Assembly: GCA_963676395.1 (NCBI GenBank)
Contig: OY781066.1
Location: 64,001 to 128,000 of the forward strand
Source: a bacterium
Lineage (GTDB): Bacteria > Fidelibacterota > Fidelibacteria > Fidelibacterales > Fidelibacteraceae
DNA length: 64,000 bases
Reading direction: 5' to 3'
The notes under the pieces were generated by a model. That model was not told the DNA's origin, searched no databases, and saw only the letters and a list, made by a program, of their open reading frames with translations. This document shows, piece by piece, positions 32,029 to 42,132 of this stretch (position 1 is its first letter; each line of letters starts with the position of its first letter). The position numbers were made by a program, and so were the translations under genes.

Positions 32029-33528
32029 TTATTTTTTATTAAATTTAATTTTATTCTTAATTGATTTATAAATTCCTTTTACATCAACCCGTTTACTAAT
32101 TTCAACATAGGAAAACCCAAAAGAAAATATTAAAATTATCGCTCCGATATAATACATATTTGGGTACCCAAATACCTTATACAGTAGAAGTGCTAAAATA
32201 CATACAATATTGGTAATTATAAATATTTTCACATACTCCTTACTAAAGCTAAAATCAAACAATTTTTTATCAAGTGTATAATGTATTACAAAATACAAAG
32301 TATAATTTATTAAATAAGCAATTCCCATGCCCTCTAAACCAAATAATTTATATCCAACAATATTTGCAACAAGGTGAAAAATACCAATACTTACTTCTGT
32401 AGCAAAAAATAATACACCTTTACCTTTTGCTAACAAAATGTATGACATACTCCATGAACTTGCTTTAAATAGCATTGCAACAATTGCCCATACGATAAAA
32501 TTAGTTATACCCAGAAACTCCTTTGAATATAACAATTGAATAATAATAGGAGCAATTGTGATTAAAGATATTATTAATGGAAAAATGATTAAATTTGCAA
32601 TTTCAGCTTGTTGATTTACAATTTCTTTAATTTGTGTATTATCTTTATTTATTTCAGATAATCTTGGAAGATAATCTGCACCCATAGCCGAAAATACTAG
32701 ATTGACATAATATGTTGTAATTAAAAATCCCGCTCTATACAACCCTACAGCTTCAATACCACTTTCTCTTGCAATATAAGCATTGAGAACATATGAAAAC
32801 AGTAATGATAAAGAGCTACTAAGCATCATAAAAAAACCGAGTTTTATCATTCTATTGCCTAAAGAAACGGTTTCCTTAAATGGTAATTCTATTTTATCAA
32901 TCTTAATTTTTTTAGAAAAATACAGTGATACAAGCATGCGCCCAAATGCTGTAGCAATCAATGCATAAATTACACCTTCCTTACCTAAAGCAAAATATAG
33001 TATTGATGAAAGAATTAGACCTAAAACAACACTAATTAAATTTGTTTTTGCATAATCGCCTTTTCTTCTCATTCCACGAATTAATGCAACATGTCCATTA
33101 TTAAGGGATGTAAAAAGCATTATTGCTGAAAGTAAAATAAATGCCCATGTATACTCATTAGTCCCAAACGTCCATTTACTTAGTAAAGGTGATATGATAA
33201 TTGTAATAATCATACCAAATATTCCAAGTATGAAAACCCATCTTTTTAATGTTAGATGAGTTTTACTGATGCTTATACTATCTTTTGAATTATTTGCTTC
33301 AGCTATTTCTCTTACTGCACTGGTTCTTAATCCTAAACCAGTAATTTGAGAAATCATATTGGTAGCAGTTTTAAAAATACTTTCAAAACCTATACCTGCT
33401 GGACCTAATAGTAAGGCAAGAATTTTTGCTTGAAGTGCGCCTACAATTATTCTTATGATTTCAACTCCACCAAATAGGCTAGTGGCTTTAAATATTGAGT
33501 TATAACTTCTATTTTTATCTTTATTCAT
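32029..33528 (-). CDS. wzx: O-antigen flippase Wzx
   Basis: About 12-14 TM helices; KATSLFGG, LLGPAG, DYLPRLS. Confidence 0.88.
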   Translation of the reverse strand: MNKDKNRSYNSIFKATSLFGGVEIIRIIVGALQAKILALLLGPAGIGFESIFKTATNMISQITGLGLRTSAVREIAEANNSKDSISISKTHLTLKRWVFILGIFGMIITIIISPLLSKWTFGTNEYTWAFILLSAIMLFTSLNNGHVALIRGMRRKGDYAKTNLISVVLGLILSSILYFALGKEGVIYALIATAFGRMLVSLYFSKKIKIDKIELPFKETVSLGNRMIKLGFFMMLSSSLSLLFSYVLNAYIARESGIEAVGLYRAGFLITTYYVNLVFSAMGADYLPRLSEINKDNTQIKEIVNQQAEIANLIIFPLIISLITIAPIIIQLLYSKEFLGITNFIVWAIVAMLFKASSWSMSYILLAKGKGVLFFATEVSIGIFHLVANIVGYKLFGLEGMGIAYLINYTLYFVIHYTLDKKLFDFSFSKEYVKIFIITNIVCILALLLYKVFGYPNMYYIGAIILIFSFGFSYVEISKRVDVKGIYKSIKNKIKFNKK

Positions 33529-33585
33529 AAAGAATACTTTACTTTATCCTTATGCTGTAACACAACTTAAATACTTTATTAAGAT

Positions 33586-34251
33586 TTAATCCATTTTAAC
33601 TTTTTTATGAAATACCGCTGGAGTTCCAATATGAATTTCATAATCAGGTATATCTTTGGTAACTAAAGAATGGGCGCCTGCAATTGCATAATCACCCATA
33701 GTGACCTTCTCAATAACCCTTGCACCAAGGGTTACATCAGAAACTTTTCCAATATTAACATAAGAACTAGTTATAGATCCAACAGAGAAATGACAAAGAG
33801 AACTAATCTTAGTATTATGCCCTATTAAGGCATTTGCCATTATTAAGCAGCACTTACCTATTTGTGTCTCAGGGCCAATATAACAATTTGACATCACAAA
33901 TACACCGGGAGCAAGGGTTGCGTTATCTGCTACGAAAGCGGTTTTATGCACTATTTTTGCAAACCTATTGTCAGGAATATTCATTTTATTATATACTTGT
34001 TCACTCTTGACATTCCTACCAATCATATGAATGGCATACATAAAATAATAGTCTTCCTTAAGCAATTCATCTATATCATCAGTGCCACCTAAAACTGGAT
34101 ATCCATTAATAGTTTTACCTAACTCATAATCATTTATAAATCCAGCAACTTCCCATTCCAAATCATTATATTTCTTTCTATTATCTTCAATACAAGATGC
34201 AATTACTCCACCATTCCCTTCACCACCAATTATTACAACTCTTTTACTCAT
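33586..34251 (-). CDS. PglD/NeuD-like left-handed beta-helix acyltransferase (second copy)
   Basis: IIGGEGNG, GFIND, GYPVLG, IGHNT, GTPA. Confidence 0.85.
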   Translation of the reverse strand: MSKRVVIIGGEGNGGVIASCIEDNRKKYNDLEWEVAGFINDYELGKTINGYPVLGGTDDIDELLKEDYYFMYAIHMIGRNVKSEQVYNKMNIPDNRFAKIVHKTAFVADNATLAPGVFVMSNCYIGPETQIGKCCLIMANALIGHNTKISSLCHFSVGSITSSYVNIGKVSDVTLGARVIEKVTMGDYAIAGAHSLVTKDIPDYEIHIGTPAVFHKKVKMD

Positions 34252-35138
34252 TTTATTTCCTTCTTTGAGATCATTTCATGTTTTTTTAAAACTTTTTTAG
34301 CTGAAATTACCATGGGTGGGCCAATAAATTTACCATTCAGAATAGCAACGCCTTTATTGTCTTCTTGTGCTTGATCATATAAACGTAGCATATCTTTTGC
34401 TTCTTCAACTTCTTTATCAGATGGTGAGAAATACTCATGAGCCAATTCCAATTCTTTTGGATGAAGAACTAACATACCTTCAAAACCAAGATTTTTTGCA
34501 ACCTTTAAATTAACTTCGAGATCTTCAAGATCATGTACATTAATATGAACCGTATCAATGGGAATCACATTGTTGGCTCTTGCGGCCAAAGAGATCAAGG
34601 CGCGAGGATTGAAAAGACTCTCATGTTCCTTATCATGAATACCCTCTAGATCTGCAATAAAATCTTCACAGCCAAATGCAATGGCAACAACCCTATCGGA
34701 AGCTTGACAAATATCCTGTGCATTTAACACAGCACCGGCAGTTTCGATAAGCGGAATGATCTTAAATGTTCCCACCTCGATACCTTTTTCATATTCAACA
34801 GTTTCAAGAAGCTTATCAAAGAAATAGATATCTTCACCTGTTCGAGCCTTAGGATACATAAAACCGGTAATACCATCAATCGTCAACTGATAAATATCTT
34901 TTAACAATTCACCACTTTCACGATCATTAACTCTAGGAAAAATAACTCGATTTGTAAACAATCCTTCTGAAATCATTGATATAACTCTATCGCGAGCTTT
35001 TTGCTTGTTTGAATTCGGCTGAACAGAATCTTCAATGTCCATCAGAAGGACATCAGCTTTTGAACGTGAAGCACTATTCATAAGTTTTTCATTATGCCCA
35101 GGTACAAACATTAAACTTCTTAATAAAAAATCACTCAT
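34248..35138 (-). CDS. CitE/malyl-CoA-lyase-like CoA-ester lyase (HpcH/HpaI family)
   Basis: RSLMFVPG, DIEDSV, PRVN, LIETA.AV, FGCEDF, HPKE, GKFIGPP. Confidence 0.9.
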   Translation of the reverse strand: MSDFLLRSLMFVPGHNEKLMNSASRSKADVLLMDIEDSVQPNSNKQKARDRVISMISEGLFTNRVIFPRVNDRESGELLKDIYQLTIDGITGFMYPKARTGEDIYFFDKLLETVEYEKGIEVGTFKIIPLIETAGAVLNAQDICQASDRVVAIAFGCEDFIADLEGIHDKEHESLFNPRALISLAARANNVIPIDTVHINVHDLEDLEVNLKVAKNLGFEGMLVLHPKELELAHEYFSPSDKEVEEAKDMLRLYDQAQEDNKGVAILNGKFIGPPMVISAKKVLKKHEMISKKEIK

Positions 35139-35156
35139 TTTTATCTCCTAAGCTAT

Positions 35157-35615
35157 TTAAACATTCTTTTTGGGGACCAATACGTGTCTTCTAAAAGTCA
35201 ACACCTTTTTTCCATCTTGATTATAGGCGCAAGTTTCAACATAAACAACACCTCGATCATTTTTACTTTTGGATTCCCTTACATCTAGCACAAGTGTTTC
35301 TGCATGTAGTGTATCACCAATAAATACGGGACCATCATGAGTTACACGTTCGTAATCAAGGTTTGCAATCGCTTTCCCACTAATATCAGGTACAGTAAAT
35401 CCTACAACTAAACTCAAAACATAAGTACCAACTACCAGAATCTTTCCATGAACCTTGGTTTTACAGTATTCGATATCCAAATGAACAGGGTGATGGTTCA
35501 TTGTTAGCAGGGTAAACAAATTATTATCTGATTCCAATACAGTTTTTGTTGCATTATGTTTAATTGTTTCTCCTTTAGAAAAATCTTCTAAAAATCTTCC
35601 AAATTGAATATTCAT
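35157..35615 (-). CDS. MaoC-family (R)-specific enoyl-CoA hydratase
   Basis: GRFLEDF, DNNLFTLLTMNHHPVHLD, PVFIGDTL, NQDG. Confidence 0.9.
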   Translation of the reverse strand: MNIQFGRFLEDFSKGETIKHNATKTVLESDNNLFTLLTMNHHPVHLDIEYCKTKVHGKILVVGTYVLSLVVGFTVPDISGKAIANLDYERVTHDGPVFIGDTLHAETLVLDVRESKSKNDRGVVYVETCAYNQDGKKVLTFRRHVLVPKKNV

Positions 35616-35645
35616 TAAAATATCTCCTAACTAAAATTGGTTTTA

Positions 35646-36185
35646 TTATTTTAAAACAAGTTCACCATTTCTAAAAGTATATTTCAAACCCTTCTTGTCA
35701 CACAAATCTAAATCTAAGACATTACCATTTTTAGTAATGTATCCTTTATGAACTGCAGGATTACCATACCATAAAGTATAAGCTGGAATGTTTTTGGTTA
35801 CTACACTTCCCGCTCCAACCATACAATAGTTTTCAAGTACCAAGCCAGGCAATATTGTTGAATTAGCACCAATACTAACACCTTCTTTAATAATTGTTTT
35901 TTTAAAAACTTCAGGATATTGATTTGAACGAGGTGTTAAATCATTTGAAAAAGTTACATTTGGACCAATAAATGAATTATCACCAATATGTATACCATCC
36001 CATAATTGTACTCCTGATTTAATGGTAACATAGTCTCCAATAACAACATCATTTTCAACAAAAACATTAAAATTCAAATTACAATCATGACCAATAATGG
36101 CTTTTTCTAACACAACGCAGTATTGCCATATTCTTGTATTTTTACCAATATTTTTTGTTTGAACTTCAGCTGTTTTATGTATCAT
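35646..36185 (-). CDS. Hexapeptide N-acyltransferase (FdtC/WxcM-like)
   Basis: IWQYCVV, KSGVQLWDG, GPNVTFSND..PRS, GNPA. Confidence 0.85.
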   Translation of the reverse strand: MIHKTAEVQTKNIGKNTRIWQYCVVLEKAIIGHDCNLNFNVFVENDVVIGDYVTIKSGVQLWDGIHIGDNSFIGPNVTFSNDLTPRSNQYPEVFKKTIIKEGVSIGANSTILPGLVLENYCMVGAGSVVTKNIPAYTLWYGNPAVHKGYITKNGNVLDLDLCDKKGLKYTFRNGELVLK

Positions 36186-36580
36186 TTTTTTACTATTTCT
36201 TTAAATGTGTTATAATCTCTAATATAATCATTTTCATCGTAATATTCTGATGCAATTACCATGATTACACAGTCATTGCTAAAATCATACATTTCTCGCC
36301 ACACCATCTTGTTGATTACCAGGCCTTCATTAGGTTTATCCATTTTAACTGTTACTTGTGTTTTACCATCATCAAGCAATATTTTACATGAGCCATGCAT
36401 GCATATTAATACTTGCTTTAAATTAATATGTGCATGGAATCCTCTTCTCAAGTTTCCCTGATTATTATAAATATAGTAAACTCTTTTAATGTCAAATGGA
36501 ATAGTTTTTTTTGATTCAAGAGCTACAAGTGATCCTCTTTCATCTCCATTTGTAACAAACTGTATTATATCAGCTTTCAT
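36182..36580 (-). CDS. fdtA: dTDP-4-keto-6-deoxyglucose 3,4-ketoisomerase (FdtA/QdtA cupin)
   Basis: DERGSL, PFDIKRVYY, RGFHAH, WREM, YDENDYIRDY. Confidence 0.92.
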   Translation of the reverse strand: MKADIIQFVTNGDERGSLVALESKKTIPFDIKRVYYIYNNQGNLRRGFHAHINLKQVLICMHGSCKILLDDGKTQVTVKMDKPNEGLVINKMVWREMYDFSNDCVIMVIASEYYDENDYIRDYNTFKEIVKK

Positions 36581-36606
36581 TTCTTTACCTTTAAATTCAT
36601 TTATAC

Positions 36607-37479
36607 TTAGTCTGAAATTTTTTTAAGATATTCAGCATATGTACTTTTACCTAATTTCTCTGCAAGTCCTAATAATTTTTTAGAATCAATATAACCGAGT
36701 TTATAAGCAATTTCTTCTATACATCCAATCTTTAAGCTTGTTCTTCTTTCAATAGCTTTTACAAATTCGGTAGCATCGCTCATCGCCTCATGTGTACCGG
36801 TATCCAACCATGCAAATCCTCGACTGAATATCTGTAACTTTAATTGTTCATTATCTAAATACGCATTATTTACTGAGGTTATTTCCAGTTCACCTCGTTC
36901 AGATGGTTTTACATTTTTTGCAATATTCACAACTGAATTTGGATAAAAATAAAGTCCAACTACAGCATAACTAGATTTTGGATTTTCAGGTTTTTCCTCA
37001 AGGCTTAAAACATTATTATCTTTATCAAACTCCGCAACACCATAACGCTGAGGATCATCGACATAATAACCAAATACAACAGCTTTATTTTCATCTTTAA
37101 CAGTTACAACAGCCTCATCAAGTAGATTCTTGAAACCGGATCCATAAAAAATATTATCACCTAAAACAAGACATACATCATCGTCACCGATAAATTCTTC
37201 ACCTATTATAAATGCTTGAGCTAAACCATCGGGAGAAGGTTGTTCTGCATATTTCAAGGTAAGCCCAATATCAGAGCCATCACCTAACAATTTCTCAAAA
37301 TTAGGTAGATCCTGAGGAGTGGAAATAATCAAGACCTCACGAATTCCCGCTAACATCAATACCGAGAGAGGATAATAAATCATTGGTTTATCATATACAG
37401 GCAATAACTGCTTTGATACAACCTTAGTGACCGGGTATAATCTTGTACCGGATCCACCTGCTAAAATAATTCCTTTCAT
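36607..37479 (-). CDS. rfbA: Glucose-1-phosphate thymidylyltransferase
   Basis: [37 protein letters not shown]. Confidence 0.97.
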   Translation of the reverse strand: MKGIILAGGSGTRLYPVTKVVSKQLLPVYDKPMIYYPLSVLMLAGIREVLIISTPQDLPNFEKLLGDGSDIGLTLKYAEQPSPDGLAQAFIIGEEFIGDDDVCLVLGDNIFYGSGFKNLLDEAVVTVKDENKAVVFGYYVDDPQRYGVAEFDKDNNVLSLEEKPENPKSSYAVVGLYFYPNSVVNIAKNVKPSERGELEITSVNNAYLDNEQLKLQIFSRGFAWLDTGTHEAMSDATEFVKAIERRTSLKIGCIEEIAYKLGYIDSKKLLGLAEKLGKSTYAEYLKKISD

Positions 37480-37498
37480 TTTACCACCTCAAAATTTA

Positions 37499-38581
37499 TT
37501 ATCTTTTAGAATAATTCTTATTGATCCAATTTTTATACTCACCGGATTTAACATTTTCTATCCACTCCGGATTATTCAAATACCAATCGACCGTTAATTT
37601 TAAACCTTGGCTAAAATCTACAGATTGCTTCCATCCAAGTTCTTCTTTTATCTTATCACAGTTAATGGCATATCGTCTATCATGTCCCGCCCTATCCTTA
37701 ACGAAAGTAATGAGTTGTTTATACACGTCTTTTTCTTTACCCAAGGAAACAGCAACAATTTCACACAGTGTATTTAATAGATCTATATTAGTCCATTCGT
37801 TTTCACCACCAATATTGTAAGTCTCTCCCCTTTTTCCATCTTTAACTATTGCCCAAATACCACTGCAATGATCGTCAACAAATAACCAATCCCTAATATT
37901 TTTCCCATCCCCATATACCGGTAGAGGTTTTTCTTCTAGCATATTATTGATCATGATGGGAATGAGTTTTTCAGGGAACTGGTATGCCCCATAATTGTTC
38001 GTGCAGTTGGATAATGTAACCGATAAACCATAGGTATGAAAATACGCTCTCACAAGATGATCTGAAGATGCTTTTGAAGAAGAATAAGGACTCCTGGGAT
38101 CATAGGCTGTCGTTTCATGAAATTTTTCATTTGGATCATCCGAAAGTGAGCCATATACCTCATCGGTTGAAACATGATGAAAATGTATGCTTATACCTTC
38201 GGATTTTTTATTTCGCACGCACTCCAATAGATTAAAAGTACCAATAATATTTGTATGGATAAATTCAGCAGGGCCGCTAATTGAACGATCCACATGAGAT
38301 TCTGCGGCAAAATGAACAACACAGTCTACGGGATACTTATTAAATATCTTTTCAAGGTTATTAAAATCTACAATATCAACCTGTTCAAAATAATATCGGC
38401 TACTTCCATACTTTTCATTAATATCAGTTAAATTATTTGGATTCCCTGCATAGGTAAGTTTATCAACATTGATAATTTTACCTTCATAATTGGTTTGCTC
38501 GAATATATAACGTATAAAATTCGCACCAATAAATCCCGAGCCACCAGTCACAACAATACAGTTAAAACTATTTGAATTCAT
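37499..38581 (-). CDS. rfbB: dTDP-glucose 4,6-dehydratase
   Basis: TGGSGFIG, AAESHVDRSI, STDEVYG, SPYSSSKA, GHDRRYA. Confidence 0.97.
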   Translation of the reverse strand: MNSNSFNCIVVTGGSGFIGANFIRYIFEQTNYEGKIINVDKLTYAGNPNNLTDINEKYGSSRYYFEQVDIVDFNNLEKIFNKYPVDCVVHFAAESHVDRSISGPAEFIHTNIIGTFNLLECVRNKKSEGISIHFHHVSTDEVYGSLSDDPNEKFHETTAYDPRSPYSSSKASSDHLVRAYFHTYGLSVTLSNCTNNYGAYQFPEKLIPIMINNMLEEKPLPVYGDGKNIRDWLFVDDHCSGIWAIVKDGKRGETYNIGGENEWTNIDLLNTLCEIVAVSLGKEKDVYKQLITFVKDRAGHDRRYAINCDKIKEELGWKQSVDFSQGLKLTVDWYLNNPEWIENVKSGEYKNWINKNYSKR

Positions 38582-38604
38582 ATTTCACCTTTACAATACA
38601 ATAG

Positions 38605-39714
38605 TTAGAATATATCTCGAATTAATGATACAATACGCTTTAAGTCATCATTGTTTAGTTTAGTATCTGATGGCAAGCACACTCCCTTCTCGAATAATTC
38701 TTTATCAATATTATCACCTACATAATCAGCTTGAGCATAATATGGTTGCAAATTCATTGGTTTCCAAAGTGGTCGTGCTTCAATATTTTTTTTATCCAAT
38801 GCATTTATTAAATCAATTGGCTTTACCTTCCCTTGCAACAAAATACAACTCAACCAATTATTTGGTTTATCCCATTCGTTTTCAGGCATAAAACTAATCT
38901 CGGATATGCCCGCTAGCTCCTTCTTATAAAAATCATAAATATACTTCTTCTTTTCAACGCGACGCTCAAGAACCTTTAATTGTCCTCTACCAATTCCTGC
39001 GACTATATTACTCATCCTATAATTGTACCCCAATTCAGAATGCTGATAATGAGGAGCTGTATCTCTTGATTGAGTAGCCCAAAACCTTACCTTATGAATC
39101 ATTTCTTCGTTATCTGAAACAAGCATTCCTCCACCAGACGATGTTATAATCTTATTTCCATTAAACGAAAATACTCCAAAATCGCCAAATGTACCCGTGG
39201 GACGCCCCTTATAAAAGGATCCTAAACTTTCCGCGGCATCTTCTATCAAAGTAACATTATATTTTTTACATAATTCAATTATAGGATCCCAATCAGCTGA
39301 AATACCATATAAATTTACCGCTATCACGGCTTTTGCTTTGGGATATTTTTCCAATGCCACTTCTAGATGTTTAGGAGAAATATTCCATGTTTTATCGTCA
39401 CTGCCAATGAAAACAGGTTTTGCGTTTTGATATATTATAGGATTTGCAGAAGCAGAAAATGTTAAATTCTGACATAAGACAATATCACCACTTTCAACAG
39501 CTGCGGCCTTTAACGCAAGATGTAATGCAGCAGTCCCAGATGAAAGCGCTGCAGCACCTTTTACTCCAACTTTTTCGGCCATTTCATTTTCGAATTCATC
39601 AACATTAGGCCCCAAAGGAGCGATCCAATTTGTATCAAATGCATCTTTTATAAACTGCAATTCATAGCCTTCTTTACTCATATGGGGGGATGCTAAATAT
39701 ATTTTCTTATTCAT
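38605..39714 (-). CDS. DegT-family sugar aminotransferase (PglE/EpsN-like)
   Basis: LASPHM, NWIAPLGP, EDAAESLG, SFNGNKIIT, LWKPM.LQP. Confidence 0.9.
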   Translation of the reverse strand: MNKKIYLASPHMSKEGYELQFIKDAFDTNWIAPLGPNVDEFENEMAEKVGVKGAAALSSGTAALHLALKAAAVESGDIVLCQNLTFSASANPIIYQNAKPVFIGSDDKTWNISPKHLEVALEKYPKAKAVIAVNLYGISADWDPIIELCKKYNVTLIEDAAESLGSFYKGRPTGTFGDFGVFSFNGNKIITSSGGGMLVSDNEEMIHKVRFWATQSRDTAPHYQHSELGYNYRMSNIVAGIGRGQLKVLERRVEKKKYIYDFYKKELAGISEISFMPENEWDKPNNWLSCILLQGKVKPIDLINALDKKNIEARPLWKPMNLQPYYAQADYVGDNIDKELFEKGVCLPSDTKLNNDDLKRIVSLIRDIF

Positions 39715-40018
39715 TCCTTAAAATCTCCAACTCATTTCTTAATTCATTATATTCAGCTTCTTTAAGCATTATAAATTTTTCTATGAGACTGATTTTTTTC
39801 TTTATTCCACTTACAGTTAATAAATATCTATATTTTTTTTTATTCTTTACTGTCAAAATTTTCTCAACCTGGATAAATCCCTTATCGACAAGAGCATTAA
39901 TTATATAATTAACTTTTCCAACGCTATAGCCCAACTTGTCAGATAAATCTCGTTGACTATCTACAGATTCAACCTTTCTAAGAACCTCCAATATTTGCTC
40001 TTCATTAAACATAAGCAT
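39707..40018 (-). CDS. MarR-family EPS-associated transcriptional regulator
   Basis: SQRDLS..LG.SVGKVNY, YRYLLT..G, K..EY..L. Confidence 0.88.
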   Translation of the reverse strand: MLMFNEEQILEVLRKVESVDSQRDLSDKLGYSVGKVNYIINALVDKGFIQVEKILTVKNKKKYRYLLTVSGIKKKISLIEKFIMLKEAEYNELRNELEILRNE

Positions 40019-40204
40019 TGCCTACTTATAAACTATATCAAGCATTTTATTTCTTTATTTATTCTATGCCTCAATAAACAATAAAATCACATTTAATATT
40101 ATACCATATTATATTAGTAATATACATAATTTATTGCGTTCAAAAAGTGAATTTTAATTATTTTTTTCAAGTTATGACGATAGCATAATTTTTCTCCACT
40201 CTTG

Positions 40205-40239
40205 CGCCAAAACACCCGTTTGGGGTAGATGTTTTGGCG
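40205..40239. repeat. Stem-loop upstream of the marR-led operon
   Basis: CGCCAAAACA (40205-40214) / TGTTTTGGCG (40230-40239) perfect inverted repeat. Confidence 0.6.
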
Positions 40240-40438
40240 AAGGATAAGGAGGGAAGTAATAAGTATTTAATATATGTGCTTAGCTTTGCAGATGTTCCCG
40301 GATTTTGGGGATTTTGTTATTATTTAGATAAAATTCGGGTGAACCGATTCCGCAAATTCATTTCTTTTAATATCTCAAGGAACGGTTGCCCCGATGCTTC
40401 GGGGTTCTTTACAAACATTATTTTATTATAAATAAAAA

Positions 40439-40456
40439 GGACAGGCATGCCTGTCC
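40439..40456. repeat. Perfect 18-bp palindrome (REP-like), probably the terminator for wbpD
   Basis: GGACAGGCATGCCTGTCC followed by TTTTT on the minus strand. Confidence 0.65.
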
Positions 40457-40477
40457 CTGCAATTCTATCGTTAATCA

Positions 40478-41044
40478 TTATTTCTGAAGGATCAATTTCT
40501 CGTTAACAAGCTCATATTTTTCACCCGTTCTTGGACAAATTAATGATTCATCTAATATTTCACCCATCTTGCTCACCCAACCAATTCGCTTTGCAGGAAC
40601 ACCGGCCATTAAGGCAAATGGAGATACATCTTTCGTAACAACTGCTCCAGCCGCTATAAAGGAGTATTCACCCAGAGTAACACCACAAACAATAGTAGCA
40701 TTTGCACCTATCGATGCTCCTTTTTTGACTCGCGTTTCTTTATATTCTGTCTTCCGTTCTACAAAAGCTCGTGGATTCATGACATTTGTAAATACACAAC
40801 TTGGGCCACAAAATACATCATCTTCAATAATGACCGAATCATATATTGAAACATTATTTTGGACTTTAACTCCATCACCTAATACTGCTTTAGAGCTAAT
40901 ATTCACATTCTGCCCGATAGAGCACTTCTTACCTACTTTGGCTCCGGGCATTACATGAGAAAAATGCCATATTTTTGTTCCTTCTCCAATTATGGCACCC
41001 TCATCAACATAGGAAGATTCATGTACAAAGTAATCAGCCATCAA
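40478..41044 (-). CDS. WbpD/WlbB-like N-acetyltransferase
   Basis: HESSYVD, IWHFSH, KVQNNVSIY, FTNVMNPR, GVPA. Confidence 0.9.
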   Translation of the reverse strand: MMADYFVHESSYVDEGAIIGEGTKIWHFSHVMPGAKVGKKCSIGQNVNISSKAVLGDGVKVQNNVSIYDSVIIEDDVFCGPSCVFTNVMNPRAFVERKTEYKETRVKKGASIGANATIVCGVTLGEYSFIAAGAVVTKDVSPFALMAGVPAKRIGWVSKMGEILDESLICPRTGEKYELVNEKLILQK

Positions 41045-42125
41045 TAAATTCCTTTATTTTGTCGCATACAAATGTGATCTCTTCATCAGTTAGAAAAGAA
41101 TGCATCGGTAGAGAGACAACCCGTTCTGAAAGCATATTTGAAATTGGATAATCATCACCTTGGCCCAAGTAGGCAAAGGCTTCTTGTCGCGGCAGAGGCA
41201 TTGGATAGTGAACTGCAGTCGGAATATCAAACCTTGAGAGATAGTTCCTTAGATCATCTCTATTGTCCAACCTGATGGTATATTGCGCCCACACACTTTC
41301 TTTATTTTCCAATATTTTTGGTGTCTCGACGATTCCTTTTAACTGCCGTGTATACATTTCAGCCACATGATTTCTCATGATTATCTCTTCGGGAAAATGT
41401 TTTAGTTTCACTCGAATTATTGCAGCTTGCAAAGTATCCATTCGACCGTTAACGCCGAGCATTTTATGATAATAACGCTTTTCTTGCCCGTGATTTCTGA
41501 TCATTCTCAGTCTTTCGGCAACTTCATCATCGTTGGTGAATACAGCTCCGCCGTCTCCATAGCAACCTAATGGTTTAGCCGGAAAAAAGCTCGTCGTAGC
41601 AATATCGGTCATAGAGCATGAACGTTTACCGCAATACGTGGCACCATAAGATTGAGCACCATCTTCAAGTACCCATAAATTATGCTTTTTCGCAATTTTA
41701 TTTAAAGCATCAAAATCGGGAGTTTGACCATAAAGCGAAACAGCAATAATACCCTTGGTTTTACTGGTGATCTTCTCTTCAATTTTTGTTGGATCTAAAT
41801 TAAATGTAATTGGATCCACATCGACAAATATAGGTTTTGCTCCTAAAACAGCGATCATGGTTCCTGTGGCAATAAATGTAAAAGCAGGACAAATAACCTC
41901 ATCGCCGGGCTTAATATTCATAGCGAATAAGGCTAAAGAAATTGCATCTGAACCCGAGCTGCATGCGATTGTATGCTTTACACCCGCAAATTCAGCCAAT
42001 TCACTTTCCAGTTCTTTAATATCAGGACCATTAATAAATGCTGTTCTATCGATCACAGATGCAATAGCTTCATCTATCTCAGATTGATATTCCAAATACT
42101 GTTTTTTTAGATCACAAAATTTCAT
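41034..42125 (-). CDS. WbpE/WlbC-like DegT aminotransferase
   Basis: EDGAQSYGA, TSFFPAKPLGCYGDGG, NGRMDTLQAA. Confidence 0.9.
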   Translation of the reverse strand: MKFCDLKKQYLEYQSEIDEAIASVIDRTAFINGPDIKELESELAEFAGVKHTIACSSGSDAISLALFAMNIKPGDEVICPAFTFIATGTMIAVLGAKPIFVDVDPITFNLDPTKIEEKITSKTKGIIAVSLYGQTPDFDALNKIAKKHNLWVLEDGAQSYGATYCGKRSCSMTDIATTSFFPAKPLGCYGDGGAVFTNDDEVAERLRMIRNHGQEKRYYHKMLGVNGRMDTLQAAIIRVKLKHFPEEIIMRNHVAEMYTRQLKGIVETPKILENKESVWAQYTIRLDNRDDLRNYLSRFDIPTAVHYPMPLPRQEAFAYLGQGDDYPISNMLSERVVSLPMHSFLTDEEITFVCDKIKEFIDG

Positions 42126-42132
42126 ATTATTC

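Noticed and set aside
40220..40232. ops/JUMPstart element (GGGGTAG)
   Set aside because: It is an imperfect match to GGCGGTAG, lies on the wrong strand for the minus-strand operon, and no RfaH/UpxY gene is in the window.
40234..40431. 65-aa plus-strand ORF
   Set aside because: No family motif; it overlaps the palindrome cluster and runs antisense to the locus.
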